Both the position numbers and the translations under genes were made by a program. A stretch of DNA of 64,000 bases from Adineta vaga (lineage: Eukaryota; Animalia; Rotifera), in the NCBI GenBank assembly GCA_021613535.1, contig CP075495.1:3348001-3412000 (forward strand), given 5' to 3'. The notes under the pieces are model-generated. The model saw only the letters and a program-made list of their open reading frames with translations. It was not told the DNA's origin and made no database searches. Position 1 is the stretch's first letter. Each line of letters starts with the position of its first letter. This document shows positions 27,016-39,322 of this stretch, one piece after another.

Positions 27016-30000
27016 TTATAAGTTTATTATCTTACATTTATGTGTTTGAGAAAGTATCCGTTGTCGAGCATTAGCAAATGCTAGAATATCATCATCTGTT
27101 TTTTTATCACCTGTTAATGGTAAATTCCATCTAATAGAAATAGATAGAATACAATAGTTTGGAATTGATCAAAATATTTTAACATACTGTTGAGATGATG
27201 GTCTATCAACACTGTTTGATGCAGATGAACGTTCCATTTGAAACTAGAAAAAGTAAAATGATTGTTTAAAAAAAGTAGTTGTACAATAATTATATAAATA
27301 TACCGATGCAGTCGATTGTCTAGATTGATCGTTATTCGTTTTTGTTGGCTTCACTTCTAATAATTCTCGTTGTTGTTCCTATGAAATGAATGGATAGTTT
27401 TTAACAGTAAAAAAAAGAATACGAGAATTTCATACTGCTTGTTCAGATTGTTGATCCCACCAATCATCGAATTCTTTTAACATTTGTAAACGATCTTTTT
27501 CAATAACATGTTGAATATGTTCAATTTCTTGTTTCATATTTTTCAAACGATTAAAACATTCACGATATCTAAATAGTATACAAAGAATATTTCTTGATTG
27601 ATTGAGATTCTTTTCTTACTTCGTTTGTTCTCGTTCCATAGTTGAACGTAATTTATTTAATTCTTGATTTTTTTCGATTTCATCTTGAGTTAATTGTGCA
27701 GCAAGACGTAAATGCATTTGTTCATATTGACTTTTCATATGATCTAGAAAGAAATATTTCATTTCATATATGAAATCAATAAATTGAACAATCTCGGATC
27801 ATACTTATTCGATTTCGACATTCATTCGTTTCTTCACCGAGTGTTTTCGCTTCTGTAAATCGTTGTTTTAATATACGTTTATGTTCTTCAAGTTTTTGAT
27901 TGATAGGATTATCACGTCGAAAATGATCGAATGCTTCTTGACGACCAGCAGACATATTTTTCACTACAATTCATGTAAAAAACAGAACGTCATATTGATT
28001 TAATGTAGAATTTGAGAACTTACATTGATTTCCTGCACGATCACCGGATGAAAATGAATTTTCCGTTGTTAATAATGTTGTACTGAAACTCATAGATAGG
28101 ATTTTTATCATCAATGAATAATCTTTTACCTTTCATTAAACGATCGATATTCAGTTTTCTTCTCTTTTTTTAACATATTCACAAGTATACTTATTTCATT
28201 GTCTCGTAATTTAATGATTTCTTTTAATTCTTTTACTTCTTTACTATCATAGGGTGAAATATCATGTGTTATGTAAATTGGTTGACCATGTTTTGTTGAT
28301 GATGATGCAGTTGTCGATGCAGTTTTCAATTGTTCTTTTAATTCAAGATGTAATTTCTATCTAAGTATATGTTAATTGATCAGTTTCAACAGACAAATCT
28401 TATCTCACTTTAAATGCTCGATAACATTGATCAATTTTACGCATGTCAGCACCAACATTTAATGTTGCTTCATTATCTGTATCGGCTAAATAAATTTTAA
28501 CCTGTTCAAATAATCTACAAACGAAAAAATGAAAAAAAAAAAAATAAGAAAATGTAGATTTCATTTACTTTGCTATGAGTTCTGGTGTTAATAAATCAGT
28601 GAATTGTGCATTGCCATCTTGAATGGAAATTTGATTTCGTAATTGAAGATTTTCTGCTCGTAATTGATTGATTAATAAACGTGGATCAAGTTCTTCATTA
28701 AGAATAGCATCATTTTTAATCAATGCGACACGTTGCGAAAATCGACATGTTGAAATTGTTTCCTTAGAAAAGAAAAGTTCAATAAAAAAAAGGATATTAT
28801 CAATTTGTTATTTTACTTCTATATTTCGTTTATCAACTGAACATGTTGCAATCATTGTTGTCATACAATTTCCACCAAGACTATCACGTAGAACTGATGT
28901 CATCATTGAATTTCGATATGGAATATGTGAACGATGTTTTTCTGATAGAGCAACAATGACTTGCTCAAGATAATGTAAAGATAAATTAATATATTTCGCT
29001 TCAGTTAATAATAAACCATTTACATTTGTTTTTGAAACACGTTCAGAACTAAATGAAGTATAATCGAATTTAAATCAATAAAGAAATTGTCTTTTTCTAT
29101 TACAAACCCAGCTAGATCAACTAAATGTAATTTGGCTTTGCGTACAGTCGCTGAACCAATTTCTTTACTGGTAACATGAATAGTAAATATACAATGAGAT
29201 CGTGTAGATGCTTGATTCATTGGTGTCTAAAAATGAATTTCAATAGTTTTGAATACAAATCATTGTCTCTTTACTTCAGCAATCATTCGATTTGTATCGC
29301 CAAGAAATAAGAGATTCAATGCTTCTTCTTCATTTTGTGCAGCATGAACAGAAAGATTTTTCAAATGCATATTTTGATCTTCATCTTCCATTAATAATAC
29401 TTTCCTATGATACAAAAAATGTATTTTATTATGATAAATAAATTTTGAAAAAAAATCTTTACGGAAGATCTTCAAGTTTTGATGCTTCATGTTTGGGATC
29501 CAGTAGATCATAACCATTTTCATTATAGATTTCCAAATATGATACATGAACTGTATGACTTTGATCAGCATGCTTGAAATTGAAAAGATACTTTACGAAC
29601 AGAAAGGAATAGATAATATTAAATAGTTACTTGTCCAAATTGTTGAAAAATATATGATAACGAACGTGGAATAATACCACGATCAGTATAACGTTCTGGT
29701 CCACCTGTTATTGTGAAGGTTTTTCCTGAACCAGTCTAGAATTATTAAAAGTTGATTACTCATAATCTACTCTTTCTTTGAAGAATTTCTACCTGTCCAT
29801 ATGCAAATATTGTTCCATTGTATCCAGCAATAACACTAGATGATAAAACGCATAGTTTCTTCGAATTTAAACTATGTAAATTCTCACTTGTCAATAACAG
29901 GTCGAGCAACCGCAGCGAAAACATCTTCTTGTTTTGCATTTTGATCAAATATTTGACGAAAACTGCAATAGAAAAAAAAACGTGAGAGATGAATATTTTT

Positions 30001-30245
30001 ATAATTTATTTTACGAACCGAAAACGATAATCTTCACGTTTATTATTTATATAACCTTCAGTTGCTTCTTTCGGAATAATAATTGATAGATTAGCTCCCT
30101 CCTCAACAGGATTTACTTCATAAAACTAAAATAAAAAATAATCTTCTGTGTTGACAACTTTCAATGAATATTCGATTATCAATACCGATGTTTTGGATTT
30201 AGTTGGTTTTACTCGACAATATATTTGAATTGTTTGTTTTACCAT
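27016..30245 (-). CDS. KIF6: Kinesin-9 family motor KIF6, many exons
   Basis: MVKQTIQIYCRVKP, GYNGTIFAYGQ|TGSGKTFT, NQASTRSH, LVDLAG|SER, HIPYRNS...LRDSLGGNC, C-terminal LTGDKKTDDDILAF. Confidence 0.9.
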
Positions 30246-30336
30246 ACTCGATTTTCTTCACTGTATACAAGAAATGTTAAGCTTTCAAAACTAAATGATT
30301 GATGAATGCTTTCTTTCCTTCTTTTCTTTTCTGTAA

Positions 30337-30350
30337 ACTACTATGACAAC
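30337..30350 (+). promoter_or_regulatory. Putative RFX X-box upstream of KIF6
   Basis: ACTACTATGACAAC fits RYYNYYWWRRNRAC, about 92 nt upstream of the KIF6 ATG. Confidence 0.45.
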
Positions 30351-30558
30351 CACCTCCTTATTCGTTGATTCAGGTGATGTCGCTCATAGGTGAAAAGTTC
30401 AATAGACTAGTCGTTTTATATCTCATTATTGTGTTGGTTTATGTTATTCGGTTGAAACAACAAAACTACATTCATCATAACAAAAATTGATGAATGTAGA
30501 GAACAAAAACAACAAAAAACAAACAGAAAAATTCTTTTCGTAATTAGTTCATTGATCA

Positions 30559-32986
30559 CTAGTCATCGTCATCGAATTTGATCTTTTTACTACTTGATTC
30601 AGTTCCATTGCTGCCGTTGTCATAGCTGCCACCAAAACTACGTTTGGGACCACCAAAGCCTCCACGTGCTCCTCCACGACCGCCACCACGACCACCTCCA
30701 CCAAATGATGATCGTTCTTTTTTCGGTTCTGAACATTCGAATGATCTGTGACCGTCTTTACCACAATTGAAGCAGCCACCGCCACCGCCACCGCCGCCAC
30801 CACCTTGGCGACCACCGGCTTTCTTTGGTTCGGAACATTCAAATGATTTGTGGCCATCTTTACCACAATTGAAACATCCACCACCACCACCGCCACCGCC
30901 ACCGCCACCACCTTGACGACCGCCAAACTTTTTGGGTTCTGAGCATTCAAATGATTTGTGACCATCTTTGCCACAATTGAAGCAGCCACCACCGCCGCCG
31001 CCACCACCGCCACCTTGACGACCGCCAGCTTTCTTGGGTTCTGGACATTCAAATGATTTATGGCCATCTTTGCCACAATTAAAGCAGCCACCGCCGCCAC
31101 CACCACCACCTTGACGACCGCCAGCTTGCTTTGGTTCAGTACATTCAAATGATCTATGACCTTCCTTTTGACCTAAAAATTATTGAAATATATTTTCTTT
31201 TTCTGATACAATTGATAACTACTCACAATTGAAACATGCATCTATAGTAAAAAGAAAAAAGATTGGAAATAATATTATACAAAAAAACAATTATTAAATA
31301 TGCTTACTTGATCTTCCAGAATTTCGATTGCCACCACCAGCACCGCCACCTGATCTATCATTACCACGAGTGAAGATATTATGATCATTCATTGAAGCTT
31401 CATCAAGTTCTGGTAATTTTTTAATAGGTCCCATTTGAATTCGTGGACTATCTTTCCATGAACTTTGTAATTGTTCATCATATTCGCTTTGTAAATCGAA
31501 TATCGCACTCTGATAAGAAATTTATTCATCAACTATCTAATATATATGTTTATATTTATACATACTCTGAAATCTTTGGTAAATGCGATTTGTGGAACTG
31601 CACCTTTAGCATCAAAATCGTCGCCAAGAGATTTACGTAACATTGTAAAAACAAATCCGACACCTTTAATTTCATCATTGGTCGTTAATTGATAAGTTGT
31701 ATAGTTCTAAAATTTAGTTCAAAAATTTGAATCAGCTCATACGTATGAAAAGATAAGACTTACTGGTTGTTTCGAGAGAAGTGATTTAGAACTATCATCT
31801 GCTGCACCAGATGTATTTGCAGATGAACCATTACCTTGTTCTTCTGAATTCTAAGAGACAAAAGAAAAATATTTATGAATATTAAATAGAGATTTCTTCT
31901 ACAAAACTTACTTCGTCATCGTCATCATCATCATCGTCATCATCATCATTAGCTGTTTTACCTGTCTTGCGTGTAGCAAGATTGAATGTTGCAGCATCAG
32001 CGGAAAAGAATTTCTTGATAGCTTTTCGGAGTGCATCAGGTGCTGCTTCCGAAAGAACAATCAATTGTGGTTTTGTTTCGTCATCTAACATGAACAAGAA
32101 TGTCGATATATGACATTGTCTTTCAAATGTGAACATTTATCTTACCTGATGTAAAAACATTTTTGAGAATTTTCTTCAAATCATCAACAGATTCATCAAT
32201 TTCATCAAGAACAACATGTTTCAATTGTGATACATCAACTTTTTCTTCGTTGATAAATTCTTGTAAACGATCCGATGTTGCCACAAGAATATCACAACCA
32301 TTAGTAATAGCTGTTTCTTGATCATCAGACTTTTTCTTGGTGCTAAAAATTGTTGCAACAGCAAGATCATTAGCAACTGATTCAAAATCATTTGAGATTT
32401 GTTTAGCTAGAAATAAAAAAAAAAGAGAACAATGGTTAGATGTCAATGCGTTTCTTATCTTCAAATTATTAATTACCTGTATCACGTGTAGATGTTAAAA
32501 CAAGAACACGTGGTGCACGTCCTGATACTAATTCGGTTGATTTATCACTTTGAAGTAATTCAACGAGAGGAATGACAAAAGCAAGTGTTTTTCCACTTCC
32601 ACTAGATGCTTGAATCAAACAATCATTTTTCTCATAGATGGATGTATAACTTTCACTTTGAACAGGAAATAAACATTCAACATTACGAGCTAAGAAAAAT
32701 AACACACACACATTTTATATTAAATTGCATTTGCTAAAATCATCTTATTACCTTTAAGTTTTTTGATCGTCTTTTTTGAGATAGTAAAATTTTTTAAATT
32801 TCCTTTTTGTTTATCACCATCAGTTAATTTGATGTGTGTTTTTCCATTGATTCCATTACCTTGTTGTGAACTTGTATCATCTGAATCTAGGGAAGAAAAT
32901 AAAATGTATACATATAAATTGAAAATAAAATGATTCAAAAGAAGTTTACCTTCCATAGCCACATGGTTTTGTTTCTTATCTTTCAT
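30559..32986 (-). CDS. DDX21/DDX50-derived protein: degenerate DEAD domain, no helicase-C, GUCT, 5 CCHC knuckles, RGG tail
   Basis: LFPVQ, ASSGSGKT, GRAPRVLVL, LKHVVLDEID, poly-D linker, GUCT-like SKSLLSKQP...SAIFDL...LPEL, then (CFNCGKDGHKSFEC-Gly-rich) x5. TAG stop at 30559. Confidence 0.8.
30720..31172 (-). repeat. Coding tandem repeat, about 102-108 nt units (zinc knuckle + poly-Gly)
   Basis: A ccacaatt core recurs at about 30761, 30863, 30971 and 31073. GC-rich island in an AT-rich background. Confidence 0.9.
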
Positions 32987-33183
32987 TTTGTTTTTTAATG
33001 ATAATGGAAATGAACGAAATCTAGAATCATATATGTATATATAAGTTACTTCAGTTGCTAGCTTTTTTCTAAATTAACTATATTAGTTTTATTTGATAAT
33101 AAATGTTCACGAATAGAAGAAAAATAAATATGTAAATGTTAAAAATCATTTGAAAGAAAGAAAGAAAGAAATCGAGTTTGAAT

Positions 33184-35674
33184 TTATAAATATTTTCTAA
33201 TAAATTCAAATATTCGATCTTCTAAATAGATTCGATCATCAACTTTTCTTGGCATATGTCGCTCATCAGGAAAAACTACTAATTCATACGGTTTATTAGC
33301 TCGAATCAATGCATTGATTAAACGAGCTGAATGACGAAAATGAACATTTTCATCAATTAAACCGTGCATAATCATTAAATGACCTGTTAGATTATTTATA
33401 TAATGCATTACACTTGATACTTCGTATCCATGAGAATTTCCTTCAGGTGTACCCATATATCTTTCAGTATAATGAGTATCATAGCTAAAAGAAAAATATA
33501 TCGATCAAAATGAATACAAGAAATGTGTTTTTATTCTTATATTTACCCATCCCAATGTGTAACTGGTGCACCAGCAATTCCTAATTTAAAAACATCATTT
33601 GCTCGAACTAATGCCATAGCAGACATGTAACCACCATATGACCAACCATAAATACCAACACGTGTTTTATCTGTTATACCTTGTTGAACGAGATAACGAA
33701 TACCATCGATTTGATCTTCAAGTTCTAAATGTCCCATATCATATCGAATAGCGCTTTCAAAAGCTACACCACGATTTGGACTACCACGATTATCTAAACG
33801 TAATACAACGTAACCTGCTTCAACTAAACGTTGACAACGCATATCAACACAAAGTATCCATGAATTCATCACACTATAAACAAAATAAAGGTTACAGCTA
33901 CGATTTCATTGTTTCTATACAGCAAAAAATACATACCGTTGAAGATGTGGTCCACCATAGACAGAAACAAGTGTAGGATATGGTCTTTGATGTCGATCTT
34001 GTTCATTATCTGGTTTATAAATTGCACAGTAGAGTGTATCATTATTGCGATTTGTTATTTTGACTAATTCAGGTTTAACAAAATGAAATTGATCAATAAG
34101 TTGTTGTTGTCCTTGATGTAAATGATCAAATTTTTTAAAGATTTGTTTCTTTTTGACATCTATCATTCGAGTAACTGGACATTGATCAATTGAATTCCAT
34201 TGTGTAATACAATATTCAAATGTACGATTAAAACAATGAATAACATGACAACCAACTTCTTCTGTTATACGATCAACTTTACATACATCATCATTATAAT
34301 TAACACTATAGAGATGAATTTCCAGAGGTGTTTCACGATTGGCAGTAAAATAAATCACTGAATTTGCTTCATCAACATCAACAATACGTTGTACAACCCA
34401 ATCGCCATTTGTTAAAGATTTTTCTAATTTTCCAGTAGTTAAATTATATAATTCTAAATGCATAAAACCCGTTCGTTCACTAGCCCATATAAATTGTGTT
34501 GGAGTTTTCTTTAAAGTATAAAGAAAATCATGTAAATTTATCCATGAGCCACTTGTTTCTTCAATTAATAATCTTAACGGTTTGTTATTTAAAAAATCAT
34601 ATTGAAATAATTGAAGTTTTGTTTGTTCACGATTTTCGATTTGTAGAGCAAGAGTATTATCAGGAAAAAAGTTTACACGTGCTATATAATAATCATCAAA
34701 TGAACTGAGATTAACCCAATGAATATTTGATTCTTTCTTATTCTGATCTCGTATATCAATAATACCAACAGTAACATTAACATTGGCTTTACCAGCAAAT
34801 GGATATCGATGTTCTTCAACCTAAACTATATCTGAATAGAAGACAGAAAATATATGAAATTGATTTTACTTGATCAGGATCATCAGAACCGGAATGTGTT
34901 ATACGAAAGACAGGAACATTGGATTCATCAACTTGAGTGAATGCAATAAATTCGGAATTATCAGACCACCAAAAGCCATCGCTACGATTCATTTCTTCTT
35001 GAGCAATAAATTCAGCAAGACCATTCGTTTTATTTGGTTGTCCACGAGCATCAAATGTCAATTGACGAGGTTGTGCTGATGTATCGTTTGTTGATATACA
35101 ATATAGTTCACAATCTTGTACATAAGCAACAAATGAACCATCTGGTGAAATTTTCGGATCGATTATTGGCGGTTGATTAGTTCCATTGACCAAGAGACGA
35201 AGTTCTTTACCATTATGAATATAAAGATCACTACCAATAGGTATTAACATTAACGAATGTGATTTATTCTTTGACCATTGATAACGTGTTATACCAGTTA
35301 TTAACTGACGTTGACGCTTAAAAAGAAAAATCGAAGAAATTTTATCTCATTGAAATTCTAAGATTTTTAAGAGAGAATTTTGAAACTTTGTTATAATTTG
35401 AAATGATAAAAAACACACCTACTTCACGTCGAAGTTTTTCTTCCATAGAAAGATTTTCTTCCGTTTTTCCATCATCATTTTCTGGTTCAGCATAAACAAA
35501 TTCTTTTTCATTTTGAATATTATATGCATAAAGTTGTCGTGATAATGTTTGATTTGGTGAACGAAGATAAGTTACAAGAGTACCATCGGGACTAAACCGT
35601 ATTGATTCGGCGAGGTTAAAACCAGGTTGAGGCAGCGATGCCACATCTTTACTTGTTATTGATCGAAATGGCAT
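33184..35674 (-). CDS. S9B dipeptidyl peptidase IV-family serine peptidase, plant/bacterial-type, no signal peptide
   Basis: [27 protein letters not shown] nucleophile, [19 protein letters not shown] introns. Confidence 0.9.
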
Positions 35675-35931
35675 CTACAACATAAACAAGAATTTTTATT
35701 TCAAAACGAAAATATTTATATTTAATATTGCACGGTAATGAGAAAGAAAGAAAGAGAAAATATTTGAGATTAATTTTTGATTGCGAAAAATATATGACTA
35801 GACGTTCACATACATACATACAACAATAAAATACGGTACTTCAAATAAATACAAGAAAGCAACATTATGAAAATAAATAGATAAAACATCGATTTTTTGT
35901 AAGTATTGCAAATTTAATTTGATCAGACTTG

Positions 35932-38900
35932 TTAAGCAGTTTTCTTTTGTTGAAAATCATTTTGTGATTGTTCATATGATGGTGGCATTTTATAATCCTA
36001 GATTACATAATATTTAATTATCATAATACAAAAAGTCAAAAGATAAAAACAAACCTGATCTCCATTTATTTGCGGAACATACATTTGTCCACCTAAGCCA
36101 TTACTTTGATAAGCAACTTGTGGTGAATATCCATTTAAATTTGACTGAGTCATATCTGTTGATGCCATTTCAGAATATTGTGGAATAAATTCTGCACGTG
36201 GTAAACCTGTTGGTTGACGTTGATAAACACCAGCATAGGGTGCCGGTGCTGGTGAAACATACATATTTGTTTCTATAATTCAAAGTGTTGTAACAAGATT
36301 AGATATTAATGTGACCCTCATTACCTGCAAAATTGTTATTCGTCGTTTGTGCTGCTTGATAGGATGGTGGTGGTGGTTCATAGAGATCAGCGGCAGCCAT
36401 ACTATATGCACTGAAATTATAAACAATTAATAAATATAAAGTAAATTTTCAAAATATGAAAACGTACGGTGGTGCTCCTTCAGTTTGTCGATGGACTACA
36501 AGGAAAATCAAAGATAAAGACATTAATACATAAACTATGAATGACTCACAAACGGAATTAACTTCACGTAGTGCAATGCTTGCGTCAATGGCACCTCCAG
36601 ACGAATAGGTCAATTGAAACTTCACTTCACCTTGAAATCCACCTAGACAAGAGAGAAAAAAATAATAACATCGAAATATCACGAACAATATATATATTTT
36701 CTTATCAATTGATTAATTGAAAAGAAAAATATAAATGATAAGGAATACAGGCATAGAGAATCATTTTTTATAACAATCATGCAAAGATTTGTTTATTTAG
36801 TATTATTCTTTTTTATTAACTATATTCAAATCGTTACTAGTAGTAAATCTGAACCAGATTATCTTCGATATTTACAACAATTTGGTTATACACCAAAACC
36901 CGATGGTCGACGATTATTTTCTGTCCTTGGTAAATCATCGCAGAATGATGGAATTAAAAAATTTCAACGACTTTACAAACTACCGGTTGGTTATTTTGTT
37001 AATAAAATAAGAATAATCATATTCTTTTATTGATTAATATTTAGGAAACGGGTGAACTCGATGCAAAAACAAAGAAATTAATGGCACGACCACGATGTGG
37101 AAATCCTGATTTAGGTAATGTTGAATCTGTTGGACATCCAGTTAAACTTGAATCAAAAACAATGAATGCACCATCAAGTTATGTTGCGCAAAATATAATT
37201 TGGTCAAAGAAAAATTTGAAATGGTTTATTGAACAATATCCGAAAAATCAAAAACAGATCACATCACAAGATAATATACGTCGTATATTTGAACAAGCTT
37301 TTCATGATTGGGAAAAACATTCAGGATTAAAATTTGAAATGGTTAAAGATAAGAAATCAGCTAATTTAAGCATTAAATTTGGTTCAAAGGATCATGGTGA
37401 TGGCTACGCATTCGATGGACCTGGTGCAACATTGGCACATGCTTTCTATCCAACAAGTGGAGATATACATTTTGATGATGATGAAGTATTTACCGATAAG
37501 TATTCAAATGAAAATGATACATATACATTACGATTAGTTGCTGCACATGAAATCGGTCATGCATTAGGTTTATCTCATTCCTTTGAAGATGGCTCTTTGA
37601 TGTATCCTATTTATCAACAATTTAGTTCAGATTATAGTATATCCACTGATGATCAACAAGGTATTCAAGTACTCTATGGTAAGCCAGATAGTAAAACAAA
37701 TATTGAACCGACTACAACAACAACAACGACATCATCATCGATTACATCAACTCGTTCTTCTGACTTTTTACCAGCAGACAATTGGTGTGCAGGACAATTT
37801 CAAACGGGTTGTGAAGGTCCAGATGGTGAACTTTATCTATTTAAAGATGGACAAGTATGGCGCTATAATGCAAAAAAGAAACGTTCATGGGATTCTAAAC
37901 CAACATCGATTAGTGAACGATTTCCTTCTCTAACAAACACAACAATTACAGCTTGTGTTAAATCAGTAACTGGTTATACATATTTATTTCGTAATTATCG
38001 TCTTTGGAAATTGCGTACACATTGGTCAGTTGATGGACCACATATCATTCATGGTAATCATTATCCACAAAATCCTCGTGTCGCCTTATTTCATCAAAAT
38101 TCAATTTATTTAATACGTAATCGTTTAATGTATCGTTTAAATGAGTTCAATTATGATAGAGAATTAGAAATATACAATCTTGATTCGATTTTAAATCCTC
38201 CACCACATGGTCACATTCATGCAGGTTTTACATATGGAAAACGACATTATCTATTTACAAGAAATGATATTTATGTATATGATTCAACACATGGAAATCT
38301 ACTACCCGGTTATCCAAAAGCTACAATTAACGGATGGTTTGCCTGTGAAGGAGCGTCTCAAGCGCCCAATTTGAAAAAGAAACCAACAACCACAACCAAA
38401 GCAACATATAGTGATTATGATGAACAAAATGATCGTCATCATCATCATCATCATCATCCTCCTCCTCCCCATCGTCATCGTAATAGACCAAGACGTCCAC
38501 ATAATCATGATCGTCATGATCAAGATGACGAGTAAAAACAGTATAGAGCCTCGAAAAAAGAAATAAATAAAAAGACGTACTTACCATTAGGATGCGCTGA
38601 AATAATTCCGGATATATAATTTGCACCGAATAAAGGTTGTTCAACATGTAAATCTTTCATATACATAAATGCGACGGCAAATGATCGTAAATTATCACGT
38701 AAATCATCACTAAGAAATATCATTCGATGAGTTGTAACAAAAACTTTTCCTTTATGTTTTCCATGAAAAACTTCTCCATTTTGTCGATTTCCATCATCAA
38801 AAGATAACGTCACATTTTTTGAATGATTTACAATTCTAAAAAAAAAGATTATCCGATAAGCTAGTATACAATGTACAAATAATTCAAAGTTGTTGACTGC

Positions 38901-38962
38901 ACTTACTGTTCGCCTTGATACAGTAATAAACCACCTTCATAATGTGCTTGATTAATTGACAT
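35932..38962 (-). CDS. WBP2: WW-domain binding protein 2 (GRAM/PH-like + PPxY), host of a nested gene
   Basis: MSINQAH...KGKVFVTTHRMIF...VEQPLFGANYISG|GGFQGEVKFQLTYSSGGAID. PPPPSY and PPSYEQ motifs. Long intron 36643-38584. Confidence 0.85.
36779..38535 (+). CDS. Matrix metalloproteinase (M10A) with hemopexin domain, 2 exons, nested in the WBP2 intron
   Basis: Signal peptide, YLQQFGY, cysteine switch PRCGNPD, HEIGHALGLSH, Met-turn LMYP, Thr-rich hinge, hemopexin (LYLFKDGQVWRY, PGYPK...WFAC). Confidence 0.95.
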
Positions 38963-39322
38963 GATTAGTAGAATTGTTGAATAATTATTAAAATTAGCAG
39001 TACAAATTTTCTTTTACAAACGCAATAGATTTAATATAAATGAACTTTCTATAACAACTTTTACAAGTAAATAAACAAACCAATCAAATGATACTTTCCA
39101 GTTTGTCCACCTTCGAATTAATTATAATAAAAATAATCTTTTTCCAAATTTAAACTACAATGAAAAATATATATAGAAATAATCATATATAAGTGAAAAT
39201 TTTAATTATTTTAAAATTTATTGAATATATACTAACGCCATCTATTCAGCAACGAATTTCTAGTTACAATAATATATATGTAATTAGGCGCTGTTTATTA
39301 AAAAAAAATATTATCGTCTTAA

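Noticed and set aside
30549-31148. 199-aa Val/Ala-rich repeat ORF in the track
   Set aside because: Shifted-frame shadow of the Gly/CCHC exon. The real frame is set by the upstream splice and ends at TAG 30559.
30720-31172. CRISPR-like or retroviral gag interpretation of the repeats
   Set aside because: Units are in-frame coding repeats without unique spacers. There is no cas, pol or LTR, and the region splices into a cellular gene.
38302-38647. Minus-strand poly-Met/poly-Asp ORFs
   Set aside because: Antisense shadows of the MMP His/Pro-rich tail.
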